A DNA stretch of 64,000 bases from Alphaproteobacteria bacterium (GCA_050246875.1 JBFWVF010000005.1:192212-256211), one strand, 5' to 3'. Positions 11,791 to 21,308 are shown, counted from the first letter of the stretch. The notes: generated by a model not told the origin, from the sequence alone. Translations and numbers: made by a program.

Positions 11791-12609
11791 TCAGCTTCTC
11801 CCGCTTTCGCTCTTCTCGTTCGCCTTCGCCGCCTGCCACAGCGCCTCGAGTTCGTCGAGCGGGGCGTCGGCGGCGATGCGGCCCTGACCGGCCAGCGCCT
11901 CCTCGACGGCGCGGAAGCGGCGCTCGAAGCGCGCGTTAGCGCCGCGCAGCGCGATCTCCGGGTCGATGTCGAGACGGCGGGCGAGTTGCGCCACGGCGAA
12001 CAGCACGTCGCCGATCTCCGCCTCGGTGCGATCGGGCGGCGCGCCGGCATCGAGCTCGGCCGACACCTCCTCGATCTCCTCGCGCACCTTGGCCATGACG
12101 CCGGCCACGTCCGGCCAGTCGAAGCCGGTGCGGGCGGCGCGCTTGCCGAGCTTGCCGGCGCGCATGAGCGCGGGCAGGGCGCGCGGCACGTCGTCGAGCG
12201 CACTGGCCCGCGTACCTTCCGCCGCCGCCTTCGCGCCGCGCTCGTCGGCCATGATCGCCTCCCAGGTGCGCTGCACGGCCGCCGCATTCTCGCCGGCGGC
12301 GGCGGCGAAGACGTGCGGGTGGCGGCGCACCAGCTTCTCGGCGATGGCGGCGGCGACGTCGTCGAAGGCGAAGGCGCCTTCCTCCTCGGCCATGCGGGCG
12401 TGGAACACCACCTGCAGCAGCAGGTCGCCCAGCTCGTCGCGCAGTCCCTTGCGGTCGTCGCGCTCGATGGCGTCGGCGACCTCGTAGGCTTCCTCGATCG
12501 TGTAGGGCGCGATGCTGGCAAAGGTCTGCTCGACATCCCACGGGCAGCCGCGCGCGGGGTCGCGCAGGCGCGCCATGATGTCGAGCAGACGGTCGAGATT
12601 GTCGGGCAA
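11791..12609 (-). CDS. mazG: Nucleoside triphosphate pyrophosphohydrolase MazG
   Basis: Tandem MazG EExxE motifs (TIEEAYEVADAIE…, EIGDVLFAVAQLAR). Typical position downstream of hflX in alphaproteobacteria. Confidence 0.85.
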   Translation of the reverse strand: MPDNLDRLLDIMARLRDPARGCPWDVEQTFASIAPYTIEEAYEVADAIERDDRKGLRDELGDLLLQVVFHARMAEEEGAFAFDDVAAAIAEKLVRRHPHVFAAAAGENAAAVQRTWEAIMADERGAKAAAEGTRASALDDVPRALPALMRAGKLGKRAARTGFDWPDVAGVMAKVREEIEEVSAELDAGAPPDRTEAEIGDVLFAVAQLARRLDIDPEIALRGANARFERRFRAVEEALAGQGRIAADAPLDELEALWQAAKANEKSESGRS

Positions 12610-12681
12610 GGGACGACTCCCGGACGGGACTGTCCAATCCTAACGATATGGCTCGTCCACGGCGACTGTGCGTCGTCCCCG

Positions 12682-12793
12682 TCCTTCGACAGGCTCAGGA
12701 CGAGGACGATTGGCAACGACGGTGCGGCCGGCTCGGTCCCGTCATGTGCTGGACGGACCGTGCAGGCATCCTCATCCTGAGCCTGTCGAAGGA
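12682..12793. repeat. MITE-like inverted-repeat element, copy B
   Basis: TCCTTCGACAGGCTCAGGACGAGGA …(60 bp)… TCCTCATCCTGAGCCTGTCGAAGGA; arms are reverse complements. Between mazG start and tadG-like end. Confidence 0.8.
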
Positions 12794-12809
12794 TGAGGAT
12801 GCCGGCGCT

Positions 12810-14237
12810 TCAGCTCGCCAGACGCAGGTTCGTCAGGTCCTTTCCGATGGCATCGAAGGCGTTCTGCAGCGAGCTGTTGCTCGGCGAGTTGAAGTAATGC
12901 GCGGGTGTCGTGGCACAACTGCGATAGAGGTTCTGCGCCGATGTGCTCGAGAGCTGGAAGGTGATGGCGTAGATGATCACGCCCTCGGCCTTCATCGCCG
13001 TGCAGGCCGCCAGCATGCGGTTGTTGATGATCGTCGTGGCGGCGCTGCCGCCGTTGAACACGCCGAGGCGCCCCTCGGTGGGCCGGCCATAGGCGGTGTA
13101 GTCGGCGCTGGGGCTGTTGGGCTGGCCGCCCGACCAGTCGAACCACTGGTTCTCGCCGTCGGTGAGGATGATCAGCACCTTGTCCATCAGCGGCGTGTGG
13201 TAGTCGAGCGGCAGCTCGGCCGGCGAGGTGCCGCCCCACAGCCCGCGCCAGCGCGGCGACAGCACCCGCCAGCCCCAGACGAGACCGAGATTGGCCATGG
13301 TGCCGCCGCGGTGCCACGGCAGCATGTCGGCGATGCTGGCGAGCACCGTCGACTTCTCCGCCGTCAGCGGCAGGATCGGCGGGCCGCATCCGAGGTTGGG
13401 CCCGCGTCCGTTGTCCTGCGCGCTGTTGGCCTCGTTCATGTTGGTCGGCGTCCAGTTGTTGTCGCCGTTGCCGTTGTACTGGCCGCTGGTCGAGGCCCAG
13501 CGATAGGGCGCGAAGGCGGCGACCGCCGGCGGATCGTCGGTCTGGTCGTAGGGCGCGGCGCGCGCCTCGACGCAGCCCTTCCACGTCGAGTTGAGATAGA
13601 GCGCCGGATTGTGGGTGGCGAGCCAGTCGGTGCGGCCGGGGCCGATGTTGACGCTGGCGACGTAGGGAACGAGCGCGACCCAGAAGTCGTCGACCGTCTC
13701 GTGCTCGCCGTAGAGCTGGTTGACCAAGGTCGTCGCCGCGCCCTTCATGGCGTCGATCTTGCCGTTCGAGCGCATCGAGCCGGTGTTGTCCATCACCAGC
13801 ACCAGCTCCATGCCGCGCACCGCCCGCCGCACCACGGCGCGCGCGCGCACGTCGACCGTCTCGATGCCGAGCACGCGGACGAACGACGTCGGCACGGCGG
13901 CCTGCGCCTCCAGCGTCAGTTCGCCGGTGTCGAGGTCGGCGACGATGCTCGGCCCGGTCACCTGGGCGCCGAGGAAGCCGGCGGGAAAGTTGGCGGCGAA
14001 GAAGGCAGCGATGTCGGCGTCGCGCGTCGGCGACAGCATCGCGCGGCCGCCGGCGAGCCCGGCGGCGTCGAGGGCGTGGGCCAGCTTCTCGCGCACGATC
14101 CAGCCGCGCGCCGCATCGGTGGCGAGGCCGACCATGCCGACCAGCGGCACGACGGCGACGGCGAGCAACAGGGCGACCGCGCCGCGCCGCTCGCGCAGCA
14201 GCCTTCCGACGAGACCGGCAAGGGGGTTCCGCCACAT
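12810..14237 (-). CDS. tadG: Tad pilus-associated TadG-like protein (TadE-like N-terminal TM segment + von Willebrand factor A domain)
   Basis: N-terminus …RERRGAVALLLAVAVVPLVGMVGLATDAARGW… (TadE/TadG pseudopilin-like) and VWA/MIDAS motif LVMDNTGSM. ATG at 14237 preferred over the TTG at 14249 listed in the ORF track. Confidence 0.7.
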   Translation of the reverse strand: MWRNPLAGLVGRLLRERRGAVALLLAVAVVPLVGMVGLATDAARGWIVREKLAHALDAAGLAGGRAMLSPTRDADIAAFFAANFPAGFLGAQVTGPSIVADLDTGELTLEAQAAVPTSFVRVLGIETVDVRARAVVRRAVRGMELVLVMDNTGSMRSNGKIDAMKGAATTLVNQLYGEHETVDDFWVALVPYVASVNIGPGRTDWLATHNPALYLNSTWKGCVEARAAPYDQTDDPPAVAAFAPYRWASTSGQYNGNGDNNWTPTNMNEANSAQDNGRGPNLGCGPPILPLTAEKSTVLASIADMLPWHRGGTMANLGLVWGWRVLSPRWRGLWGGTSPAELPLDYHTPLMDKVLIILTDGENQWFDWSGGQPNSPSADYTAYGRPTEGRLGVFNGGSAATTIINNRMLAACTAMKAEGVIIYAITFQLSSTSAQNLYRSCATTPAHYFNSPSNSSLQNAFDAIGKDLTNLRLAS

Positions 14238-14242
14238 GGGGC

Positions 14243-14276
14243 GGAACAAGAAAACCCTTCGCGCGGCGAAGTCAAA
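14243..14276 (-). terminator. Putative rho-independent terminator of nhaP2 (hairpin CTTCGCCGCGCGAAG followed by T-rich GGTTTTCTTGTT on the minus strand)
   Basis: 6-bp GC stem plus U-rich tail immediately downstream of the nhaP2 stop. A second dyad GTTCCGCCccatgtGGCGGAAC encloses the tadG ATG. Confidence 0.45.
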
Positions 14277-14280
14277 ATAA

Positions 14281-16164
14281 TCATTTCGGCGTTCTTTGCG
14301 CGAAAATGCCGCGCAATTTTCGCCATGTCCCCGTCACTGCCCCGGCGATCCGCCGACCGCTGGCGGCGGTGATGCGGGCGATGCCGCCCGTGCGCGGGCC
14401 GAGGCGGGCGGCCGCGGGAACGAGACGCACGCGATCGATGAAGGAATCGGCGAAGTCCTCGAGCACGAGCGTCGCGGCGGCGACATTGCCGTTGGCGATG
14501 CTGCCGGCGATCAGCGTCGCCGTGCCGAAATCGATGCGGTCGCCCGGCACCGGCCGGCCGTCGAACTGCTCGGCGAACAGGGCCGCGATGGTGACGCCGG
14601 CCTGGTCGTCGCCGAGGTCCGCCGCGAAATCGTACAGCGTCGCCAGGCTGTCGATGGTCACGTCGCCGGCGAAGGTGAAGCCGCCGGTCGCGGCGGCGGC
14701 CGGCGCGTCCTCGGCGCTGGCGAACAGCGGGTCGAGGCGCGGCAGGCGGCTCGGCGGCGCCAGCAGGTAGGCGTAGTCGCCGGCCCGCAGCGCGCCGGCC
14801 TCGGCCGGTCCGAGCACGACCTGGTCGCGCACCACCAGCGTCAGCCGGGCCCAGCGTGGCAGCGCCGGGCGGCGCAGCACCGGGCTGTCGGGCAGGACCG
14901 GGTAGCCCGCCATCTCGAGGTCGAGCTGGCCCGGCAGGTCGAGGTCGACGCGCGCCACCGGCGGCACCGTCCGGCCGAGGGCGATGCCGAGCCGGCGCGC
15001 CGCCGAAGTGACGGTCGAGCCCTGTACCAGCAGCGACACCAGCACGACGAAGAAGGCGATGTTGAAGTAGGCGTCCGCGTGCGGCAGGCCGCTGAGCATC
15101 GGCACGGCGGCGAGGAAGATGCTGACGGCGCCGCGCAGGCCGACCCAGGAGACGAAGGCTTTCTCCTCGCGCGCGAAGCGGAACGGGGCGAGGCAGACCC
15201 AGACGGCCAGCGGCCGCGCGACGAGCATCAGCCACAGGGCGATGGCGAGGCCGGGAATGGCGTAGTCGAGCAGGTGCGTCGGCGTGACCAGCAGGCCGAG
15301 CAGGATGAACATCAGGATCTGCGCCAGCCAGGTGGCGGCGTCGTGGAAGCTGGTGATCGAGGCGAAGGCGCGGACCGGACGGTTGCCGAGCACGAGGCCG
15401 GCCAGATAGACGGCGAGGAAGCCGCTGCCCTCGGCGAGCGACGTCGCGGCGTAGATCGACACGGCCGCGGCGACGACGAAGAGGGGGTGCAGCCCGGTCG
15501 GCAGCGTCAGCCGGTTGAGCGCGGCGGCGACGGCGAAGCCGCCGCCGATGCCGAGCGCGGCGCCGACGGCCGCCTGGCTGGCGAGCGTCACGGCCACCTC
15601 CCAGCCCGGTCCGCCGGTATCGGCCAGCAGGACCTCGACCAGCACCAGCGTCAGGAACATCGCCACCGGGTCGTTGGTGCCGCTCTCGATCTCCAGCGTC
15701 GTGCCGACCCGCTTACGCAGTTGCAGGCCGCCTGTCCGCAGCAGGAAGAAGACCGCCGCGGCGTCGGTCGAGGCCACGATGGCGCCGACCAGCGCGCCTT
15801 CCAGCGGGGTGAACTCGAGCAGCACCACGGCCAGCAGGCCGGTCAGCGCCGCGGTGACCACGACGCCGACGGTGGCCAGCACCATCGACGGCGCGAGCGC
15901 GCCGCGGAAGCTCGCCAGGCGGGTACGCAACCCGCCGTCGAACAGGATCACCGCCAGCGCGGCCGAGCCGACGAGGTAGGTGAGGCGGTAGTCCGAGAAC
16001 TGGATGTTGCCGGGGCCGTCCTCGCCGGCGAGCATGCCGATGACGAGGAAGACGAGCAGCAGGGGCATGCCGAAGCGGCTGGCGATCAGGCTCGACATGA
16101 TGCCGGCCAGCACCAGCAGGGCGCCCAGCAGCAGCAGCGTGTTGACCAGACCGATACTCGCCAT
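14281..16164 (-). CDS. nhaP2: K+/H+ antiporter NhaP2 (CPA1 family) with C-terminal TrkA-C/RCK_C domain
   Basis: 627 aa, ~12 TM helices (MASIGLVNTLLLLGALLVLAGIMSSLIASRFGMPLLLVFLVIGMLAGEDG…) and soluble C-terminal regulatory domain; CvrA/NhaP2 architecture. Confidence 0.85.
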   Translation of the reverse strand: MASIGLVNTLLLLGALLVLAGIMSSLIASRFGMPLLLVFLVIGMLAGEDGPGNIQFSDYRLTYLVGSAALAVILFDGGLRTRLASFRGALAPSMVLATVGVVVTAALTGLLAVVLLEFTPLEGALVGAIVASTDAAAVFFLLRTGGLQLRKRVGTTLEIESGTNDPVAMFLTLVLVEVLLADTGGPGWEVAVTLASQAAVGAALGIGGGFAVAAALNRLTLPTGLHPLFVVAAAVSIYAATSLAEGSGFLAVYLAGLVLGNRPVRAFASITSFHDAATWLAQILMFILLGLLVTPTHLLDYAIPGLAIALWLMLVARPLAVWVCLAPFRFAREEKAFVSWVGLRGAVSIFLAAVPMLSGLPHADAYFNIAFFVVLVSLLVQGSTVTSAARRLGIALGRTVPPVARVDLDLPGQLDLEMAGYPVLPDSPVLRRPALPRWARLTLVVRDQVVLGPAEAGALRAGDYAYLLAPPSRLPRLDPLFASAEDAPAAAATGGFTFAGDVTIDSLATLYDFAADLGDDQAGVTIAALFAEQFDGRPVPGDRIDFGTATLIAGSIANGNVAAATLVLEDFADSFIDRVRLVPAAARLGPRTGGIARITAASGRRIAGAVTGTWRKLRGIFAQRTPK

Positions 16165-16411
16165 CGCCCGCGATCTCTCAGGCGCGGACGGCGCGGGCGG
16201 CGCGGGGACGCGGGTGGCGTCGCGCCGCGACCGTCCGGGCCGTGCGCCGGCCAGGAATTACCGGAAATTGCATTTTGTTTTGCAATATTCTCTCCGGAAA
16301 GGCAACACAAAATCGTAGAAAATAATATTCATATTGCTATAAATAATCGCTCTCCTCATCGCATGGTTTTGTCTAAATGTCTTGACGTTCTATTTATTGT
16401 TCTTTCTGATT

Positions 16412-16427
16412 TTAACCTCGGATTAAC
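16412..16427 (+). promoter_or_regulatory. CtrA-box-like motif TTAACCTCGGATTAAC (TTAA-N7-TTAA) in flp promoter
   Basis: Perfect TTAA-N7-TTAA about 50 bp upstream of the flp start, in a 300-bp AT-rich promoter region. Caulobacter pilA is CtrA-dependent (established). A TTGACG -35-like hexamer lies at about 16382. Confidence 0.5.
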
Positions 16428-16478
16428 CGGGCAAGGCAAGTATTCGCCCGCTGGTTCTGCAGCCACGGGAGATCGCGA

Positions 16479-16697
16479 ATGCACAGGTTCCTTACCCGCT
16501 TCGTCCGGGACGAGTCCGGCGCCACGGCCATCGAGTACGGCCTCATCGCCGCCCTCGTCTCGGTCGCGGCGATCGGCGCCCTCAGCCTGATGGGCGGCTC
16601 GCTCGACACCATGTTCACCGCCGTGTCGGGGCAGCTCGACAGTGCGGTCAGCGCCATGCCCACCACCCCGCCGCCGGCCGAGCCGCCGGCGGAGTAG
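16479..16697 (+). CDS. flp: Flp/Fap family type IVb pilin
   Basis: 72 aa. Flp motif GATAIEYGLIAALVSVAAI after a short charged leader. Good RBS GGGAGA. First gene of the tad locus. Confidence 0.9.
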   Translation: MHRFLTRFVRDESGATAIEYGLIAALVSVAAIGALSLMGGSLDTMFTAVSGQLDSAVSAMPTTPPPAEPPAE

Positions 16698-16710
16698 CCA
16701 CAAGGAACGA

Positions 16711-16736
16711 GCGGCAACTGTCCCACCCGTTGCCGC
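16711..16736 (+). terminator. Stem-loop GCGGCAAC-N10-GTTGCCGC downstream of flp (attenuator/partial terminator)
   Basis: Perfect 8-bp GC stem 14 nt after the flp stop with no strong U-tract. Typical arrangement for differential pilin versus machinery expression. Confidence 0.4.
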
Positions 16737-16836
16737 TCGGACGCGACCGGCGGGTTGCGGCGCGGCGTGTGGATGGCCCCGCACCGCGCAGCGCCCGCCG
16801 GCGCGTCACCCCCACGGGAGATTCACGGAGCGTCGA

Positions 16837-17361
16837 ATGCCGGATGCCCTGCCGCTCGGTCTGCTGCTGCTCGCCGCCTTCGTGGCGCTGGTCGGCCTCG
16901 CGGCGTGGAGCGACATCCGCCGCCTCGTCATTCCCAATGCCATTCCGCTCGCGCTGGTGCTGATCTGGCCGGCCTTCGCCGCCGCCACCGGCATCGGCCT
17001 CTGGAGCGGGCTGGCGACCGGCGCCCTCGTGCTGGCCATCGGCGCCGGCCTGTTCGCCGCCGGCCTCGTCGGCGGCGGCGACGCCAAGTTGATGGCGGCG
17101 TGCGCCCTGTGGGCGGGGCCGACGCTGGTCCTGCCGTTCATTCTCGTCACGCTGCTCGGCGGCGGCGCGCTCGGCATGGCCGAGTGGCTGCGCCTCGGGC
17201 GCAAGCGCCGGCTGGAGGCCCGCTACGGTCCCGTCGCCACGTCGCGCACGGCGCCTGCCCAGGCCGGCACCGCCGTCGTGCCCTATGCCGTCGCCATCGC
17301 CGGCGGCGCCCTGTGGGTCGCGGTCGCGACCGCCGTCGCGCTGATCGCGCGGATGAACTGA
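16837..17361 (+). CDS. cpaA: Prepilin peptidase CpaA/TadV (A24 family aspartic peptidase)
   Basis: 174 aa polytopic membrane protein, …AWSDIRRLVIPN… and …LVGGGDAKLMAACALWAGP… (two catalytic Asp motifs of TadV). Confidence 0.85.
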   Translation: MPDALPLGLLLLAAFVALVGLAAWSDIRRLVIPNAIPLALVLIWPAFAAATGIGLWSGLATGALVLAIGAGLFAAGLVGGGDAKLMAACALWAGPTLVLPFILVTLLGGGALGMAEWLRLGRKRRLEARYGPVATSRTAPAQAGTAVVPYAVAIAGGALWVAVATAVALIARMN

Positions 17362-17364
17362 GCC

Positions 17365-18276
17365 ATGCGCGCCAGGGCCATCCTGCTCGCCGCGGTGGCG
17401 CTCGCCGCCGCCGGCACCGCCGCGTGGGGCGCGCGGCACTACCTCGCGAGCGAACGCGCCGCCATCGCCGCGCGCACGCCGCAGCAGCCCGCGCCGGCCA
17501 AGGCCCACCGCGTGCTGGTGGCGCGCAGCGACCTGCCGGCCGGCACCATCGTCCAGGCGAAGCACCTGCGCTGGCAGGCGTGGCCCGACGCGTCGCTGCC
17601 CGACGGCTGGTATGTCGAGGGCAAGGCCGACCCGGCCGATCTCGCCGGCACGGTCGTGCGCGGACTGGTGGCGGCCGGCGAGCCGGTGGCCGCCTCGCGC
17701 CTCGTGCATCCGGGCGAGCAGGGCTTCCTCGCCGCCGTGCTGGCGCCCGGCATGCGCGCGGTCTCGGTCTCGGTCAACGCCACCACCGGCATCGCCGGCT
17801 TCGTCTTTCCCGGCGACCGCGTCGACCTCATCCTGTCGCACGGCGTCGAGCGCGAGGGCGGCAACGGCCGGCTGCGCCGCGCCTCCGAGACGGTGCTGTC
17901 GGACGTGCGCGTGCTGGCGGTCGACCAGTCGACCGACGATGCCGCCGCCAAGGCCAGCCTGGCCAAGACCGTGACGCTCGAAGTCTCGCCCAAGGACGCC
18001 GAGAAGGTGACGCTCACGGCCGATCTCGGCCGCCTGTCGCTGAGCCTCCGCAGCCTTGCCCGCGACGAGGCCGCGACGGCCGAGGCGGAACCGAGGCCGG
18101 CCGCGCCGCACACCTGGGACAGCGAGGTCAGCCGGCTGCTGGCGTCGCCGGCGGCACCGAAGGCACGGGAGGTCCGGGTCTGGCGCGGCGGCGAGCAGGT
18201 GACGCTGCGCTTCGGCGGCCCGGATCGCCCCTCCGCCCCGGTCGATGCCGCGCCGCCGCCGGAGGTCGAGCCATGA
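17365..18276 (+). CDS. cpaB: Flp pilus assembly protein CpaB/RcpC
   Basis: N-terminal TM/signal segment, SAF-like domain, RcpC/CpaB domain; position in locus. Confidence 0.85.
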   Translation: MRARAILLAAVALAAAGTAAWGARHYLASERAAIAARTPQQPAPAKAHRVLVARSDLPAGTIVQAKHLRWQAWPDASLPDGWYVEGKADPADLAGTVVRGLVAAGEPVAASRLVHPGEQGFLAAVLAPGMRAVSVSVNATTGIAGFVFPGDRVDLILSHGVEREGGNGRLRRASETVLSDVRVLAVDQSTDDAAAKASLAKTVTLEVSPKDAEKVTLTADLGRLSLSLRSLARDEAATAEAEPRPAAPHTWDSEVSRLLASPAAPKAREVRVWRGGEQVTLRFGGPDRPSAPVDAAPPPEVEP

Positions 18277-19664
18277 GAACCCTGCGTGCCGCCGGGATCG
18301 CCGCCGTCGTCGCCGTGCAATTGCTGGGCGGCATGGCGCCGGCCTCCGCCGCCGCGGTGGCCATCGCTACCATCGCCGCAGCCGGCGGCGAACTGGCGCT
18401 CGAAGCCAACCGCGGCATGCTGGTCAGGTTGCCGGCGGCGGCGGCGGCGGTGCTGGTCGCCAACCCGGAAATCGCCGACGTCGTGGTCAAGTCGCCGACG
18501 CTGGTCCACGTCATCGGCAAGCGGGCCGGCGAGACGACGCTGATCGCCGTCGACGCCGCCGACGTCGTGCTGGCCAACGCCACCGTGCGGGTGACGCACA
18601 ATCTGGCGGCGCTGGCCGGGGCGCTGGGCTCGCTGCTGCCCGGTTCGGCGGTGACGCCGCGCACGGTCGCCGGCGGGCTGGTGCTGACCGGCACCGTCGC
18701 CAGCGCCGTCGAGGCGGAGGAGGCCAACCGCCTCGCCGCCGGCTTCGTCGCCCAGGGCGAGCGGGTGGTCAACCAGCTCCGCTTCGCCGGCCCCAACCAG
18801 GTCAACCTGCGCGTCCGCGTCGCCGAGGTCTCGCGCGACACGGTCAAGCGCCTCGGCTTCAACTTCGACGTCATCCCGACCATCGGCTCGATCACCTTCG
18901 GCCTCGCCACCGGCCGCCTGCCGGCCGCCGGGGGGGCGGCGCTCACCCGCGCCAACGGCGAGAACAACGTCTTCGCCCGTTCCGCCGACGGCAACATCGA
19001 CGTGAGCGCCGTCATCGACGCGCTGGAGACCGAGGGGCTCGTCACCATGCTCGCCGAGCCGAACCTGACGGCGCTGTCGGGCGAGACGGCGAGCTTCCTT
19101 GCCGGCGGCGAGTTTCCCATCCCGGTCGTGCAGGGCGACGGCAGCACCTCGGTCGAGTTCAAGAAATTCGGCGTGGCGCTGGCCTTCACGCCGACCGTGC
19201 TGGACGCCGGCCGCGTCAGCCTGCGCGTGGCGCCGGAGGTCAGCGCGCTGTCGAACGCCGGCGCCGTCACCGTCAACGGCTTCAGCATTCCGGCGCTGAC
19301 GGCGCGGCGGGCCGAGACCACGGTCGAACTGGGCTCGGGTCAGTCGCTGGCCATCGCCGGACTGCTGCAGAACAACACCGCGCAGGACGTGCGCGAGTTT
19401 CCCTGGCTCGCCGACCTGCCGATCATCGGCGCGCTCTTCCGCTCGACCGAGTTCAGCCGCGACGAGACCGAGCTGGTCATCCTCGTCACGCCCTATCTGG
19501 TGCGTCCGTCGTCGACGGCGCTGGCGGTGCCGACCGACGGCTTCCGCGCGCCGGACGATGCCGGCCGCGTGCTCGGCGGCGAGACCTGGCGGCAGCGCCA
19601 GCCGGGGCGGCCGGTGCCGGCCACGCCGCGCCTCGCCGGGCCGGTGGGCTTCATCGTCGATTGA
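18273..19664 (+). CDS. cpaC: Flp pilus secretin CpaC/RcpA
   Basis: Signal peptide, BON-like N-domain, secretin domain (…MLAEPNLTALSGETASFLAGGEFPIPV…). ATGA overlap with cpaB. Confidence 0.88.
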   Translation: MRTLRAAGIAAVVAVQLLGGMAPASAAAVAIATIAAAGGELALEANRGMLVRLPAAAAAVLVANPEIADVVVKSPTLVHVIGKRAGETTLIAVDAADVVLANATVRVTHNLAALAGALGSLLPGSAVTPRTVAGGLVLTGTVASAVEAEEANRLAAGFVAQGERVVNQLRFAGPNQVNLRVRVAEVSRDTVKRLGFNFDVIPTIGSITFGLATGRLPAAGGAALTRANGENNVFARSADGNIDVSAVIDALETEGLVTMLAEPNLTALSGETASFLAGGEFPIPVVQGDGSTSVEFKKFGVALAFTPTVLDAGRVSLRVAPEVSALSNAGAVTVNGFSIPALTARRAETTVELGSGQSLAIAGLLQNNTAQDVREFPWLADLPIIGALFRSTEFSRDETELVILVTPYLVRPSSTALAVPTDGFRAPDDAGRVLGGETWRQRQPGRPVPATPRLAGPVGFIVD

Positions 19665-19677
19665 GGGGGAAGGGACC

Positions 19678-20103
19678 ATGTCACGCCAACGTCTGCTGAA
19701 GCCGCCGCGGCGCCTGTTCTCGGCGCGCCGCCGCAGCCCGCTGCCGGTGCTGCTGGCGCTGCTCGCCCTCGTGCTCGCCTCCTGCGTGACCGGGCCGGAG
19801 GACTGGAGTCCGGCCGGCCGGCCGGTCGCGCCGCACGTCGTCACCACGGCCGAGGGGCGCAGCGTCGTGCTGCCGCCGGCCTGTGCCGACTGGTCGCAGC
19901 CCTCGGCGGCCAATCCGGCCAACCATCCGACCGGCGCGCTGGGCTGCGCCAATGCCTACAACCTCGGCCTGATGATCGCCGAGCCGGCCGACCTCGTGCG
20001 CGGCCGCGCGGCGACGGCCGCCGACGGCGAGGCCGCGACGCTGGCGATCCAGCGCTATCGCAAGGGCGAGATCCGCGCGCCGGTGCCGCAGGAGACGCAG
20101 TGA
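19678..20103 (+). CDS. cpaD: Pilus assembly lipoprotein CpaD
   Basis: Lipobox LASC, conserved CpaD region …LPPACADWSQPSAANPANHPTGALGCANAYNLGLMIAEPADLV…. RBS GGGGGAAGGG. Confidence 0.8.
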   Translation: MSRQRLLKPPRRLFSARRRSPLPVLLALLALVLASCVTGPEDWSPAGRPVAPHVVTTAEGRSVVLPPACADWSQPSAANPANHPTGALGCANAYNLGLMIAEPADLVRGRAATAADGEAATLAIQRYRKGEIRAPVPQETQ

Positions 20104-21308
20104 TGGCGCTCGCCGCGGCCGACCCCGACACCGGGGCGACGCACGTTCTGGCGGCATTCGCGGCGGACGCGGCGATGGAGGCGGTGCTGGCGGAGGCTGC
20201 GGCGACGCGGTTTCCCGGTGCCACGATCGCCAGCGGCGGGGCCGCCGCGGCGGCGCGCTGGCTGGCGCGGGGCCGGGCTATGCCGGCGGTGCTCGTCGTC
20301 GACCTCGGCGACAGCGCCACGCCCTACGACGACCTGATGGCGCTCGCCGACCTCTGCGCGCCGGCGACGCGCGTCGTGGCGCTCGGCGCCGTCAACGACC
20401 TCGCCCTCTATCGCCGCTTCCTCGCCGCCGGCGTCGCCGACTATCTCGTCCGGCCAGTCGCGGCGCCGGACCTCGCGGCGGCTTTGGCGAAAGCGGTCGA
20501 GACCGGAAGCGGCGGCTCGCCGACGACGGCGGCGCGTCCGGCGGGGGGCCGGCTCGTCGCCGTCGTCGGCGTGCGCGGCGGCGTCGGGGCCTCGACGCTG
20601 GCGCTCAACGCGGCGGCGCTGTCGGCGGGCAAACGGGGCCAGCGCACGGCGCTGGTCGACCTCGACCTCGCCTTCGGCACGCTGGCGCTCGGGCTCGACC
20701 TCGAACCGTCGGGTGGCGTCGCCGAGGCGCTGGCGCGCCCGGAACGGATCGATGCGCTGTTCCTCGCCTCGGCCGGCATCCGGCGTGGCGAGCGGCTGCT
20801 GGTGTTCGCCGCCGAGGACGATCTCGCGCGGCCGGGCCGGGTCGGCGCCGAGGCCGCCACGCGGCTGCTCGACGAGGTCCGCGAGGCCAGCGAGCGGGTC
20901 TGGATCGACCTGCCGCGCGGCGAGGCGATTCACGCGTCGGCCCTGCTCGCCGCGCCCGATCGCGTCCTGCTTGTCGCCGACCCGTCGCTCGCCGCCGCCC
21001 GCGACGCGGCGCGGCTGGCGGCGCTGGCAGCCGCCAGCGGGGCGGCGTCCGTGGCGCTCGTCCTCGTCGACACCGGCCGCCGCGGCGCCTTGTCGACGGC
21101 CGAGATCGAGCGCAGCGCAGGGCTGCGCGTGGTCGCCCGCCTGCCGCACGATCGCCATGCCGCCGCCGCCGCCGCCGCCGGGCGCCCGCTGGTCGAGGCG
21201 CAGCCGCGCGGCCCCTATGCACGTGCGCTGGAGGGACTGCTCGACAAGTTCGACCCGGCACCGCGCGTGCGCCGTGGCCTGCGGTTGATCGGCGGGGGCC
21301 GGCGGTGA
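20100..21308 (+). CDS. cpaE: Pilus assembly protein CpaE/TadZ (receiver-like N-domain + MinD/ParA-type ATPase)
   Basis: Deviant Walker A VVGVRGGVGASTLALN, 402 aa, TGATGG overlap with cpaD. Confidence 0.85.
   Translation: MMALAAADPDTGATHVLAAFAADAAMEAVLAEAAATRFPGATIASGGAAAAARWLARGRAMPAVLVVDLGDSATPYDDLMALADLCAPATRVVALGAVNDLALYRRFLAAGVADYLVRPVAAPDLAAALAKAVETGSGGSPTTAARPAGGRLVAVVGVRGGVGASTLALNAAALSAGKRGQRTALVDLDLAFGTLALGLDLEPSGGVAEALARPERIDALFLASAGIRRGERLLVFAAEDDLARPGRVGAEAATRLLDEVREASERVWIDLPRGEAIHASALLAAPDRVLLVADPSLAAARDAARLAALAAASGAASVALVLVDTGRRGALSTAEIERSAGLRVVARLPHDRHAAAAAAAGRPLVEAQPRGPYARALEGLLDKFDPAPRVRRGLRLIGGGRR

Noticed and set aside
16755-19664. 969-aa ORF spanning cpaA-antisense/cpaB alternative frame into cpaC
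   Set aside because: Only the C-terminal 464 codons (from ATG 18273, MRTLRAAGIAAV, signal peptide) correspond to secretin CpaC. The upstream part is an open alternative frame across cpaA/cpaB.
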